A DNA stretch of 64,000 nt from the human T2T-CHM13v2.0 reference genome, Homo sapiens. The DNA lies in the NCBI RefSeq assembly GCF_009914755.1, contig NC_060931.1. One strand, 5' to 3'. The notes below the pieces were generated by a model. The model was not told the origin of the DNA. It made no database searches and saw only the letters and a list, made by a program, of their open reading frames with translations. The position numbers were made by a program, and so were the translations under genes. Position 1 is the first letter of the stretch; each line of letters begins with the position of its first letter. Of the stretch, positions 1-13,320 are shown in pieces.

Positions 1-1285
1 AACAGAAATATATTTTGTCTCCATTGGGGATTCTGGCTTTTCCAATAAGTAGAGTTTTTATAACTATTTTTTTATTTCAACTTGTGTGTAAGATCTTTTT
101 ATTTCAAATCTAGAAAACTGTCATAATGATAATTAAAATTTCCTCAGAAATTATATAATCACTCAACTGTAGCATAAATTGAATTCATTTTAAACTAATG
201 GATTATAGAAATAATAGTAAAATTGTATAATGTTACAGATAACTGAAATGTTGGCTAAATTAATCTGCAGTGAAAGCTTTCCTTAAAACATAAGTTTTAA
301 ATAAATACATTTTGTTTATAAGTCTCATTCAGAACAAGGAATGGACTCTATATACTGTAGAATGAGACATTCTCTTATGGTGTCCTATAATGTGATTGAA
401 GTGTTTTATTTTCAAATGGTTGCTATCTGCAAAACTCCTTATATTTTTGTCCTTACCTCTAAGTCAGTTAATTTCACCTACTTTGTAATTAATTTATACA
501 AACAAAATCATGTTCTTAGATTACACTGTAGGAACATATAACACTACTTTTGCCTTATTACCCAATTACTTGGAGCTCTTTAGTAATCAATCACTTATCT
601 GCCTTTTATTTCTTTCATGGTTAATTGGAGATAACTAATAGATGTGTTTATTCCTCCCCGTGTAAATCTTTCCATGCATCCATCATGAAGTACATGAAAA
701 ATTGCATCTGTTTTGATTTCAAGATTGTTGATTTTCAGTTTAGAAAACTCAAACTCAAAAAAAATGAATTTCCTAATATTATACTTTATTTTTGGAGTTA
801 TCAAAAAATGATTAGAAAAAATAGCAGAAATATCAAGCATACATTATTGCTATATATTAATCTGTATGGTAACTACACTTTATGTATAGGGTTCTGACTA
901 GCCTTTATTACCCATAAGTTTGTTTCAAATAATTTTTCCCAGTAATCTGGAAATATTGACAATTTAAAATCATTGCTATTTTCATGTTTGCATGAAAAAC
1001 TAACACAAAAAATAATTTGACTAAAATGAAAATTTCAAATAAGTCCACTGGCTGATGAAAATAAAGCAAAAAAATTACAATAGATTCCTCATCTTGTACA
1101 GTAGTTGGCTTCAGACATGTGTACAAAGTAAACTCTATGTATGCTATGAGGAGATGAAATCACCTTAGAAATTAGTTTTTATGATCAGTCTTAAAGATAT
1201 TTCAGACCATACTAGAATATGATCTAATTGTTCTTTCAGTTGTTTACAGAAAAATAAAACCACAGAATTATTCCTGTTACCTGGG

Positions 1286-1337
1286 TTGAAGATCCTAATA
1301 ACTAAATAATTTGAAGACCTAATAACTAAATAATTTG
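1286..1337. repeat. Tandem duplication, 24-25 bp x2
   Basis: ttgaagatcctaataactaaataat / ttgaagacctaataactaaataat. Confidence 0.9.
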
Positions 1338-1414
1338 GATAAGGTAGAGTAATTTCAAATAAGTAGTACATGACGTTTTAATGTCTGGCTTCTCTATAAA
1401 GCATAAATAGATTT

Positions 1415-1760
1415 TAGATGCCTTATGTCTGTGTATTCCAGCTGACCAAAACAATATTAAGAATGCATCTTTATAAATGGGTGCTAATTGATAATGGAAA
1501 TAATTTAGTAATGGACTATATAGGATGTTAATAATGAAGCCATATGTTTATGTCTGGATTTAGAAATTTTAAACAATCATTTACTATGTTATTTTTCCTT
1601 ACCTTGAAGAACATAAACTGTTGTTTCAGTTCTACAAATCAGCAAGATATTATTTATGGCAAGAAATATTCCGTTGAAATGTTGTGCTATAAGATGGGAA
1701 AATGTAAATATTTTTCATGGTTTTTATCAATGTGAAAAAAACTTAATCCTGAAAAAAAAA
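1415..1760 (+). pseudogene. Possible retroposed mRNA 3'UTR end (resembles my recollection of the SEPTIN14/SEPTIN14P 3' terminus; unverified)
   Basis: UTR-like AT-rich text ending ...caatgtgaaaaaaacttaatcctg followed by A9 at 1752-1760. The A-run at 1735-1741 sits where an AATAAA would be. Identity is from memory only; the 5' boundary is uncertain. Confidence 0.3.
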
Positions 1761-2057
1761 TCAGAAAAATTGTAATTAATTTTTTTCTAAAAGTTATAAA
1801 AATAATGCATTGTTAGTAAGATAAGATTTACTATTAAAAGTCTCCATGTTTATCACATTTATTTATTAAGATATCCATGACAAAAAAAAGACGACACACA
1901 AATTTTATTTGTCCATTTATTTTTCATTTTAAATTTGATGTTCATGACCTTTATCAACTGTAACCTCATCCATCTGAAAGGGAAGATCGTATAATGTTGA
2001 AAAATGAAAAGTCATTAAAAGTTTTTCATACTGTGCAGAATAGGACTAATTTTGACT

Positions 2058-2146
2058 TTTTTTTTTTTTTTTTTTTTTGAGACAGAGTCTCGCTCTGTCG
2101 CCCAGGCTGGAGTGCAGTGGCGCGATCTCGGCTCAGTGCAAGCTCC
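2058..2146 (-). mobile_element. Severely 5'-truncated AluY (right-arm 3' end)
   Basis: T-tract + gagacagagtctcgctctgtcgcccaggctgg...gcaagctcc (AluY-type); TSD aattttg(a/g)ct at 2048-2057 and 2148-2157. Confidence 0.9.
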
Positions 2147-2263
2147 AAATTTTGGCTAATTTTTTTATAATTCTTCACTTAAGATTAATTCTTTTCTGTT
2201 AAAAAACTAATTTTGAATAAAAAAAGAGTTATTATTTTCAGTACAGTTCATAAGGCTTAATAT

Positions 2264-2269
<6 letters not shown>

Positions 2270-2296
<27 letters not shown>

Positions 2297-2347
2297 AGAC
2301 GGAGTCTCTGTCGCCCGGGCTGGCGTGCAGTGGCGTGATCTCGGCTC
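2270..2347 (-). mobile_element. Severely 5'-truncated Alu (S/Y)
   Basis: ~30 T + gagacggagtctctgtcgcc...gatctcggctc; TSD attctttt at 2262-2269 and 2348-2355. Confidence 0.9.
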
Positions 2348-2607
2348 ATTCTTTTGGGGGAAAAATACTAACTAGTAAATGAGGAAACATTACCGTATGC
2401 ATATACTTCTAATAGAACACAGCACATTGTATGTAATGGGTTATTCTTCCTCTTATCTTCTTACTCAGTCCTTGCTGAGAATAGGACAAAAGCTCTTTTC
2501 GTCTTTGTAGTTCCAAAGCCTAGTATAATGCCCGAAACAAAACAGTCTTGAGTTCAATACAATGCCAAGAACATAGTAAGTTCTTCTTCGTGTCCCTACT
2601 TAAATAT

Positions 2608-3350
2608 TGATGTGGACAGCAGATAGGGAAATACTGCGTAGAAGAGGGCAGTTCCCCAGCAAAGGCCACACCCTAAAACCTGGAAACCCATGACCCTGTG
2701 CGAGAACAGGCATTTTTGTTTTTGTACCCAAATTGTTGCCTTTTGGCCCACCAGTACCCCCTATCCTGTAACCATTTAAATCCCGAACCCCAGGCTCCAG
2801 GAGACGAGCAGATAGATAAACGGCAGAATTGGGTGGCTGAGAAGGAGAGAAGAGAAGGAGCATCCAAATGGAGAGAGGAGTTAGGCTGGGATGATCGGAG
2901 AGGAGATGGGCTGCTGGGTGGCCTGACCCCAGGGGAAGATCACCTTCCTCCTCCATCCCTCTTCCAGCTCTGCATCCATCCCACTGAGAGCCACCTTCAC
3001 CACTCAGTAAAACCCCCACATTCACTCTTCATGTCCATGTGTGACCTGATTCTTCCTGGACACCAGACAAGGACCCAGGGACCAAGAAGGCACTGAGCTG
3101 GTTAACATTTAGGCCATCTGCGGACAGCAGAGCTAAAAGAGCACTGTAACACTGGGGCTTCAGGAGTCACAGGCATCCACCCCAAGATGCTGCCATAGAA
3201 CCAGAGCCCAGAAGGGCTCGCCCTGGCTCATGGGCAGGCCCATCTGCGTGCTCTCTTTCCCATAAGGGGTTTGAGTGGTGGTAGAGGAACAGAGAGCCAC
3301 ACTCCTGTTGCATGCCCTGCGCGGGGGCACCAGGGAACTCTCCCGTTTCA
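2608..3350 (+). mobile_element. Solo ERV1 LTR, MER50-like
   Basis: TG...CA termini; 4-bp TSD ATAT (2604-2607, 3351-3354); start tgatgtggacagcagatagggaaatactg and end cagggaactctcccgtttca match recalled MER50. Confidence 0.85.
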
Positions 3351-3531
3351 ATATCACCTTACTGAAACAGACTTTTTTGATCAATCTGATCAATAAAATA
3401 GGAATTCCTCCCAATTCTAAGTATGTTCTTCTTCCTTAGTGTGTTTTTGGTTTTTTTTCTATGTTGTTTCATTTTGCTTTTTGTTTTTGGCATGCTTTAG
3501 CATTCATTACCATCTGATATGCTATACATAT

Positions 3532-3901
3532 TGTTTCTCTATGTTTATTGTTCAGGATGCTATAACAAAATGACGTAAACTGGGTGGTTTATAACAACAG
3601 AAAGTCATTTCTCAAAATTCTGGAGTCAGGTAAGTCTCAGATCAAGGTGTCAACAGATTCAGTGTCTGGTGAGAGCTCACTTCCTGGTTCATATACAGTC
3701 CTCTTCTCACTGTGTTCTCACATGGCAGAAGGGGCAAAGCAGCTCTTGAAACTCTTTTATAAGGGCACTAACTCATCCCAATCATAGGGGCTCTACTTCC
3801 CTGACCTAATTACCTCCCAAGGGCTCCCCTCTAATACCATCACCTTGGGTGTTAGAATTTAAACAGGAATTTGAGGGAACACAAACATTCAGACCATAAC
3901 A
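3532..3901 (-). mobile_element. MaLR solo LTR, MLT1A-type
   Basis: gctataacaaaa...ctgggtggtttataacaacag...cagattcagtgtctggtgag...cacaaacattcagaccataaca. Confidence 0.85.
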
Positions 3902-3924
3902 TTTATGTCTAGTTTCCTCAAGAT

Positions 3925-3995
3925 TTACAATAATGTATGACACTTAATAGAGGCTCAATAAATAGTTGTGGAATTAATGAAGAAATGAATGAAGA
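3925..3995 (+). mobile_element. L2 3' end remnant
   Basis: gacacttaatagaggctcaataaatagttgtggaattaatgaa is a degraded L2 tail. Confidence 0.65.
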
Positions 3996-4344
3996 AATAA
4001 GCAAAAGGAAATCCAACTAATTTAAGAAACAATGTCATGTGAAAGATCTTTATGTGGCTTCTAATTTGTTTCTGATATTATAAGTTTTTGATATTCTTTC
4101 CTCCCCCTACTGCCCCCCAGTCCTGATGTTTTCCTTATGTTGAAGTTCTTCACAGCCTCCACTCAAGAAAATCCTGTTGCAATTTCTAAAAGAGACTAAA
4201 ATAAAAGTAGCTATTACTTCCTTCATGATATCAAACAACTAATTTAGTCACTACAAAACTCGTTATAAACTATTACAAAATTTTAAGAGTATATCATGGT
4301 TTTGCAAGTTACAAATATATGCTAGTTTTGCCATACTTGAAACC

Positions 4345-4531
4345 ACCACTGTCCGTTGAACATTCTGCAATGATAGATATGTTTATATCCATGCTGTCCC
4401 ACATGGCAGACACTAGACCCATGTAGCTATTGAGCTCTTGAAATAAGATAACTAGGTTTAAATTTTATTTAACTTTAATTTAAATTAAATGGCCACATGG
4501 GAATAGTGTCTATCACATTGAACAAACATAG
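4345..4531 (+). mobile_element. MER3 (hAT-Charlie non-autonomous)
   Basis: ctgtccgttgaacattctgcaatgat...catgtagctattgagctcttgaaat...atggccacatgg. Confidence 0.75.
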
Positions 4532-5399
4532 TTCTAAACAATTATTTTCCTTTTCCATATTCAGAAATTGTAAAAGAAATAATGCAACAAAAATAATGAA
4601 ATGTACAGTTATGTGGTAGGTTTAACAATGACAATACTTTGTAATAAAATTGTTATAGAAAAATATCAATTTCTTGCAAATTATGAGGAGTTTTGTTTAT
4701 CTTGTTTTATTAAAATATAGAATAAGATAGATAAATTTATAATAGCTGAAACGTTTATCTGAAGGGTAGAATAATTCTATAATACGTATACTTTATTACA
4801 GCAAGTTCTATTGATCCATTCTCTAAGATTTAGGATCAGAATACAAAAATAAATATGTGGCTCTACTACAGTATTTTTTAAAATTATTTGCTAACAGTAT
4901 AAGATATCATGGATAAGCAAATGTCTTTGTTCTTTGACATTGTTATGATTCCTTTTCTCCTTTGATTTTTAGTTGCACCTTGATTTAAGATGAAATCAGC
5001 ATTGATCTGGCATGCTTCAGAGAGACTAAAAGTTACTTTATATTTAATAGTTGGTTTTATTTGTGGTTGAAAAGATGTTTTATGAACTTTTTAAAATCGA
5101 TTGAGTAGAGTGATTCTGGAATGACAGTGTTTGGGGGATATTTGCATTATTTTGTGGGGTATATGAAAACAGATATTGTAAAGAATAGATTGGCTTGACT
5201 CTTTTTAGTAATAAAAACTAAAACAATCACCAAAAGTAAAAACAGAAACAAAGAAACTATAACCTACAAGACTTTGATTCCTTAAAATGAATGGAAAATA
5301 GAAAGTAGAAACTTGCTTTCTGACTTGTACTCTGCTGAATCTAGCTCATTCGATAAATCCATTACAAGCAGGTGGTTCAAATTCCTAAATCAGAAAGAC

Positions 5400-6060
5400 T
5401 GAGGTTTTTCAAAACTTCCCCTACACTGTCTTTCTTTTTATCCAGCCTAATTCTGGAACCTAATAAAAGGAAAATAACAACGTGATATTTAAAAAATTAA
5501 GGAGAAAAGACTGTAAGACTTGTAAATTGCAACAGATGTAAAAATATTTCTAGAAAATATTTTGTAATCAAAGAAATATTGTTTTGGCAACTATACAAAT
5601 ATAATAAACAGGTTAAGAGAAAAATAATATTTAAAAATTGGTCTTTTCTATAGATATCAACAATAATGTACTAGAAATGCACTGGAAAATAGCAATAACT
5701 ACAAAACACAATCCTATCAAGAAATTTTAAATGTCTACTGAAGATCAAACACAGTAATTGAAAGATTATGTTCTTAAATAGAAAGCCTCAATATAAAAAT
5801 AGAGGTCAATTATCTTTGTATTAAACTATAAAACCATGTAATTCTATTCAAAAATGTAATAAGATTTACATGTATATGTGTGTGTGCATATATATACATG
5901 GTTTAAAACTACATCTCAAGTTGTTTATTCCAACGCTCTTGTGGAAAATTAATTTGTAAGAATAGCTAAAGAGATTTCAGAAAAGGAAAAAATGAGGAAC
6001 TAACTCTACCTAATTTTATAACAAAATATAAAACTATACAATTACACAATGTGACATGTT
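5400..6060 (+). mobile_element. Old L1M ORF2 fragments
   Basis: Degraded A-rich ORF2-like text (agaaagcctcaatataaaaatagaggtcaatt; aagaatagctaaagag). Confidence 0.5.
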
Positions 6061-6542
6061 GTGAGAAAAGGCAAAGATTAGTAAAGCTGAGTTACTTCTG
6101 CAGTTCAATAATCATGGAATATTTTGTGAGTACTTAATCTACCCAAGTATTAGCATAAAAACTATATTTTTGGCATAGTATTGATCACAAAGCAAGTAAT
6201 TCCACTTTTTCTTCCTCTGAAAATCATGTCTCTTTAATTCATTCAGTAAGTATATGTGTTCCAGGAATTGTGATGGCTTGCTGTCTAATGATAATCTCAT
6301 CAGATAAAGATAAATTAATATATTTGTTTAAAGGTACTTATCATTACAATGCTGAAAAATACCAAATACAAAAATCATTAAAATATGTATACATAAATAC
6401 ATATATCATCATATATACAAATACAAATACATAAATCATTGGAATGTATAATTTTCCATCTTTTTATAACTGGAGGCATTCATTTCATGGATACATAATA
6501 GTAGTTTAAAATATATCTGTCTGTATAAATTATACTACTGGA

Positions 6543-6580
6543 GAGCCATTAATGATTATCTGAGCCATTACTGATTATCT
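6543..6580. repeat. Tandem duplication 19 bp x2
   Basis: gagccattaatgattatct / gagccattactgattatct. Confidence 0.9.
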
Positions 6581-7026
6581 TTCTCTAACAATAAATTTCT
6601 AAAACTATCATTTCTAATTCTATTGCAAAATTACAAAAGTACATGTGCACTTTAAAAAGCAATAAACAGCAGTGTAAGCAAATCTATGGAAAAGCAATTT
6701 GATCAGAACATTTCTATGACCTTTCTTTCAATAAAGAAAATATCTAAAACTTTTAGATGTAGCTTCAAATATTTCACTTAAATAAAAATATACCAGCAAA
6801 CACTGTTGTTTCTTATTGGTATGTTAATTTTTTGAAACAAAACATTTGATGTCTTGAATTAATACAATTTCTACCTTTAATTACCTATTTCCCATTGTAA
6901 AATTCAATTTTCCAAAATTTAAGATGGCTATAGAAAGAAAAATAGTGGCTGATATACTTTTTTGAGGGCAAATGGATTGTACATGTGAATTAATTCAAGA
7001 CATTAATAAAACTCAAACAGCAATGA

Positions 7027-7393
<367 letters not shown>

Positions 7394-7459
7394 CTCATTT
7401 TTATTTTGAATAAAGCACATTGTTTTTTGAGTTTTTTTCTATGTGGGTATTTGATTTCA

Positions 7460-8900
7460 TGCTCATTCACATTTGTTACTCAATTCATGCATTTATACAT
7501 CTATCTTTCCTTCCATTCTTTCACATACTCATTAACTAAACAACTGTTTAGTAGAGTGACTATAACATAGAAGGCGCTATGCTATACATGTGTGAATACG
7601 GAATAAAATCTGCAAACAGATTTTTGCCCTTACAGAGTTTCCTATCTATAGCTGGAAAGATCGATACAAAATAAATCAAGAAATAAATGTAATTGTAAAC
7701 TGGGACAAGTATTAAAAGCATAGATGCACTTGATTATTTATGCTTTCTTATTAAGGAAAATAATATGTACATTATCACATCTTCTGCCAACATGAGAAAA
7801 GAAGAATAGAGCAGATATTGTATTAACAACTTGCCTATGGGAAGAGGAGAATGTCTAATCTGAGAATTTCTACTTTTTCAAAACAGTGTGAAGAAATATT
7901 ATCAAATGAAGATGTGGCTTTTAGAGAAGTGGAAGAGTACAATAAAAGATGAGAAATAGATGTTGCAGGTTATGGAAAGTAGGTTTACTAGAGAAGCATA
8001 TTAACACTAGTGAATGTTAGTAGAATCCTCATTTGATAGTCATAATCGTGAATATGAAATAATCCCACTGTATAATTTTCTCCAGCAGTGTTTGACAACA
8101 TGGTTACAGAAAGCTTGAAGGAAGATTGCTGGAATTGCTAAGTAATGCAACAAAAAGGAAAGGTACAAAATAGATCAGAGGAGTTACAAGTCAGTGGCTG
8201 TAAATATAAACTATGAAATAAAATTGTGAAGAGGTAAAAAGATACAGCTGGTTGCATACATAAACCATAAGAAATTGTTCAACAAGAAATGGTGAAGTCA
8301 AATGATTGAAAATCATAAAACGATTGAAGTTGTTTCCATGAGGGACTTAAACAAAAAGCAAACTCAGAAAATAAAAGTTTGTAGTTAACTGTGGCATTGT
8401 TTGTATGACAGACCTATTTTTGGTTAAGTCAAGAACTTGACTTTGATGCTCAAAATCTGTGCAGAGGCATACTAAAAGAATACCTAATTGATCATTAAAA
8501 GATGAAAATGAAACCTGTAGTCTCAAATGCGCCATCTAGGTTATGTGTGAATTTGTTGAAAACTATCACAGAAATTGAGATGGATAGGATATCTGTGAAC
8601 TGGATGTTAGAGTCTTCTGTGAGAAAGGAAGAGTGACTAGGAGGTTGGAACAGGGAGTCATAATTGAATAGGAGATTGCTAAAGTCTAGGAGATTATTAA
8701 AGTCTGACAGCAAAGTCTCATTTACAATTACTTTTCCAAAATGAAGGGGGAGTAATAGTTTAGGATAAGCCCTATGAAATGAAGAGAAAACTGACTATGG
8801 AGAAACAGCCAGTCTTCAAATAATCTGTAAGAGTAGTGATATCCTCAGAGAGCACCAGTTTTCTGGAAGTCGTAGAAAATGTTCTAAGAAGAAGTTGAGA
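7460..8900 (-). mobile_element. Degraded L2
   Basis: (cattc)-like tail then ctatgcta...gcccttacagagtttcctatcta; GA-rich antisense L2 body. Confidence 0.55.
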
Positions 8901-8939
8901 ATGCTAAGAATTTTGCTGACCCAATGTGATATGAGAAGG

Positions 8940-9817
8940 ACAGATGGTCAGACACTGCTTGCGAGCCACTACAAACGCTCCTAGATTCACCTATTGCTCT
9001 TGAGACATAAATCGAATTTCCATTCAGACTTTGACTAACTTCACCAGGTGCAACCTGAGAGTGCCTCATTTTTGGCCTGTAAAACATATCTTTATTCCTG
9101 AACAGTAGTTTCTCTGACTCCTTGACATAGAAAATGCCCTTGAAAACCCATTTGCCATTCATGCATATGCAACCTTAAGTGCTGTGAAGTTAATATGCAT
9201 GAGGCCATCTTTGATCAGTGGGCAGTGAGAGCTACTGGATGGATAACTTTGAAATACATCTCATAGCACCCTTTAGAAAATCCTGTGGGATCAACACAAG
9301 TTGCCCCTAGTGGTGTCCAATGTGCTAACTGTGATAGACTGAATATTTGTTCCCCTCCAAAGCTCTTATATAGAGATCTAATCCCAATGTGAAGGTATTT
9401 GGAAGTAGGACCTCTGGACGGTGAGTAGGTTATGAGGGTAGAGCCCTCTTGAACAGGATTAGTGCACCTATAAAAGAGGCCCCAGAGAACTCCCTTAACA
9501 TCTTTCTCCATGCGAAGACACAGCAAGAAGAGTAGAAGCTAGGTCTTGCCAGACACTGAATCTGCCAGTGTCTTGATTTTGGACTTCCCACTCTCCAGAA
9601 CTATAAGAAATAAATGCTTTTTGCTTAAACCACCCAGTCTATGGTGGGTTTTTCTCATAGCAGCCTGAATACCTAATAGACTTACCGCTCAGTTGCTTTC
9701 TCTTATTCTTTCAGGCTGATATTCTTCATCCTTGTAACTTTTGATCACTTTTCTATTGAACTGTCTGTACACATGCTTTTATTGTAAGACTGCATTGGGA
9801 GAAACCCAGAATAAGAC
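8940..9817 (+). mobile_element. ERVL LTR16-like, interrupted by MLT1A
   Basis: 3' end gatcacttttc...gggagaaacccagaataagaca resembles the LTR16 terminus; gttgcccctagtggtg internally. Confidence 0.55.
9330..9680 (+). mobile_element. MaLR solo LTR, MLT1A0-type
   Basis: tgtgatagactgaatatttgttcccc...cagacactgaatctgccag...aaataaatgc; approximate 5-bp TSD ctaac/cttac. Confidence 0.85.
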
Positions 9818-10183
9818 AGAGTTTGGGAGATAATAGAGAACTTCTTTGACTTATGCAGTGGTGGGGACAGAAATTTATTATCTCTACTAATAAAGTGAGA
9901 CAACAAGCTATTCCTGGGTTCCAGAAGTTTCAGAGAGATGCCTATTATTGGAGAAGTTTAGGCAGTCAGACATAATTTCCATGGAGGACTTAAGGAATTA
10001 TCTGTCTGGGGTGATCAGTTAGTTGACATTTCCCAATTCTCTCTACCACATTGACTATAAATAAGCTTTTTGATTCATAGTCTCTCTCTTATAGGAGAGA
10101 GATAAATTTAAGGCAATTAATCTTTTTTAAAAGTTACTATAGCACTGAAAACAAAATGCACAGGAGATTTTCTAAGATGACAT

Positions 10184-10639
10184 TGCCATGGGTTGAACTG
10201 TGTCCTCCCAAAATTTATGCATTAAAGTCCTAACTCTTATTACCTCAGAATGTGACCTCACTTGAAGACAGGGTCTTTACAGAGGTAATCAAGTTACAAT
10301 TAAATTAGGGTGAGCCCTAATCAAATTTGATTGGAGTCTTTATCAAAAGGGAGAATTTGCAGACAAACATGCAGGGGGAAAATTATGTGAAGATGAAGAC
10401 GAAGAAGATATTGGGCAATGCTTCTACATGCCAAGGAATGACAAAGATTGCCAGCAAACTACTAGAAGTTAGGAAAGAGGGATGGAACAAATTTTTCCTC
10501 ACAGACCTCAAAAAACACCAACCCTATCAAGACCTTAATCTTGAACTTTCAGACTCCAGAACTATGACACAATAAATTTTTGTTATTTAAGGGAGTCAGC
10601 TTACGGTACTTTGTTATGGCAACCCTAGCAGACTAATAA
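10184..10639 (+). mobile_element. MaLR solo LTR, MLT1C-type
   Basis: tgccatgggttgaactgtgtcc...cctcagaatgtgacc...gccaaggaatg...aataaattt; approximate TSD gacat/gactt. Confidence 0.85.
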
Positions 10640-10909
10640 GACTTAGACAAAATTCCAATAAATCAAGAAAAACAAAAAGTAATGCAATCAGAAATTAGAA
10701 AAGTTAAACAAATCAGTCCTAGAAACAAATAAAATAAAAACAAATATAAACATAGAGAAGCAAATTGTGGAATCAAAATGAAATAGATTGAAAAATAAAT
10801 TAGAGGATTTTACTAAAGATCTGAAAAATCCATATTGGTCAAATACCATGAAAGTAGTTGAAAAATTACAGTAGATGGCTTTAATCTTAAAAACTTAAGT
10901 TTATTAGAT

Positions 10910-11382
10910 ATAGCCAATAGCAACATATCTTTCTCTCTTGTTAAGTGAATATTTATTCCAAAAACAATACTTCCAGCTTTCTTTCCTGTTGGGATGACTG
11001 TGCGACCTAGTTCTGCTAAAGAGTATATACTGTGAGGGTTTCTGAGAGGACTCAGCTCTTAGCTCTTGGCTGAACATCCTTAATTTCCTCATCCCATTCT
11101 TGCTGGATAAACAAAAGTAAGAGCTTATGATGTGGCTACCATATTGTAAATATGAGTGAACAATTTTCAGAATTAACTAGAGCATGCTAAGAATGGTGCA
11201 ACTGAAAAATATAAAGAGCCTAGGTCCCTGGCATTACTTTTGAACACCCAAATCAAAACCAGCAATAAATTATGTAAGACTTATCAACTGAAAAAAATGA
11301 ACCATTTGCGTAACCATTGCTTGTTGCAGTTTCTGGATATCTTTTCCCTTTAATTTTGGGCACTAACTATAATTCCTAACAC
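10910..11382 (+). mobile_element. Old MaLR LTR (MLT1J/K/L group)
   Basis: cttccagctttctt...gtgcgacctagttctg...aagagcctaggtccctgg. Confidence 0.6.
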
Positions 11383-11682
11383 AGTAAGAATAGTTAACAT
11401 GTAAGGTAATATTGATTTCCTCAGTAAAACAAGAAGTTAAAAAATGAGGATTTCAGTAGATGCCTAAAAGATTATAAAACCAACACTCATTTATGACTTT
11501 AAAATAAAGTTTTAGGTAACAGAGACACAACATAATAAAAAACATTTTATTTGACTATTAAGGAAAAACATACTTAAGTATTCACTGACTGGCCCCACTA
11601 TCCCTCTTGTTATGAAGTCCTGACACCAAGAAGCAATCCTCTCTTCATCCTCCATTTCTCTTGTCCTGTCAATTTTTAAAAC

Positions 11683-12388
11683 TTTTTTCATTTTTATGGA
11701 TACATAATAGTTGTACATATTTATGGGGTACATGTAATATTTTGATACAAGCATATAGTGTGTAATGATCAAATCTGAGTAATGGAGATATCAATCACAT
11801 CTAACATCTATTATTTCTTTGAGAATATTTCAGATCTACTGTTCCAGTTATTTTGAAATACACAATAAATTATTTTTAACCACAGTTGCTCTATTGTGCT
11901 ACTGAATAGTAGATCTTAGTCTTTGTATCTAACTGGATTTTTGTTCCGGTTAACGAATCCCTCTTTATCCCTCCTCCCCGTACACTTCCCATCCTCGGAT
12001 AACCAGCACTCTATTTACTACCTCCATAAGATCAATAGTTTTAGCTCCCACATATGAATGAGAATCTGACTTCTTTTTTTCTGTGCCTGGCTTTCTTCAT
12101 TTAACATAAAGTCTTCCAGTTCCATCTATGTTGCTGCAAATGACAGGACTTCATTCTTTTTATAGCTGAATACTATTCTATTGTGTATACAAACCACAAA
12201 CCACATTTTCTTTATCCATTCATCACTGATGGACATATCTTTGATTCCATACCTTGGCTATTGAGAATAGTGCTGCAATAAAGATGAGACTGCAGATATC
12301 TCTTCAATATGTTGATTTCCTTTTACTGAATAAACAGCCAGTGGTAAGATTGCTGCATCATATTGTAGTTCTATTTTTAGTCTTTTGA
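11683..12388 (-). mobile_element. L1MA (approx. MA3-MA5) 3' end
   Basis: atggatacataatagttgtacatatttatggggtacatg...tagctcccacatatgaatgagaa...tgctgcaataaa. Confidence 0.85.
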
Positions 12389-12389
12389 G

Positions 12390-13320
12390 TCAATGTTATC
12401 TTTAATGTTTCTTGAACCCGTTTAGTCCTTTCCAGGTTCACCATAACAATCCTTGTTCAAGCGACTGGCTTCTCTGGAAGGAGCAAATGCAGTGGCCTTC
12501 TAAGTGCTCTCCCAATTTATAGTTGCCTCCTTCCCTCTCCATTCATTAGAGGGTTATTTTCACCCTGCAATTCTGTTCACTTCACATGACACGTCACCCT
12601 GCATTGTGCCATGCTCTCTCCCCAAACACAGCCTTCCACGTCATCTTCCCTCAGCCTAAAACATTCCCCCCATTCACTCTTACTTTCTAATCCCATCTTC
12701 ATCTAATTAACTGCAATCAAAAGTCATTTAATGATGGAGATACACTCTTAGAAACGTGTTGTTAGGCAATTTCATTGATGCCTGAACATCACAGAGTGTA
12801 CTTATGCAAACCTAGATAGGAAAGCCTTCTATACACTTAGCCCATAAGGTATAGCTATTGCTCCTAGGCTGCAAACATGTTACAGGCATTTTACTGTACT
12901 GAGTGCTGTAGATAATTGTGACACAATGGTAAGTAGTTGTGTATCTAAAAATATTTAAACATAGAGAAGGTGCAGTAAAAAGATGGTTTGCTAATCTATG
13001 GATCATTCTCATATGTTCAGTCTGCCATTGACCAAAACATCATACACAACACATGGCTGTACTTCTAATACTTTGGCTCCTTTACCAAATGTCACTTCCT
13101 TCAGAAAAATCTGCCCTGATCCTCAAATCAATATCACATCCTCTTGTCATATGTTTTTGAGGCATTTTTCCTAGTTTTTCATGAATTTGTCATTTTATAA
13201 TTCAATATTCATTTGATTAATCACCATTTCACCAGATTGTAAAGTCTATAAATACAAGTTTGTACATATTTGCTCTGTTTTCTCCCCTTCCTCATAATTC
13301 TTTGCTAGGTAATATATAGA
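12390..13320 (+). mobile_element. Degraded L2 hosting Tigger3a
   Basis: aaatgtcacttccttcagaaaaatctgccctgatcc; ccagattgtaaag. Confidence 0.5.
12714..13059 (+). mobile_element. Tigger3a (MER7A) DNA transposon
   Basis: gttaggcaatttcat...acagagtgtactta...ttgctcctaggctgcaaac...catggctg followed by TA. Confidence 0.85.

Noticed and set aside
2600-3414. GC-richer ORFs of 132-141 aa
   Set aside because: They lie within or overlap the MER50-like LTR and show no protein similarity that I recognise.
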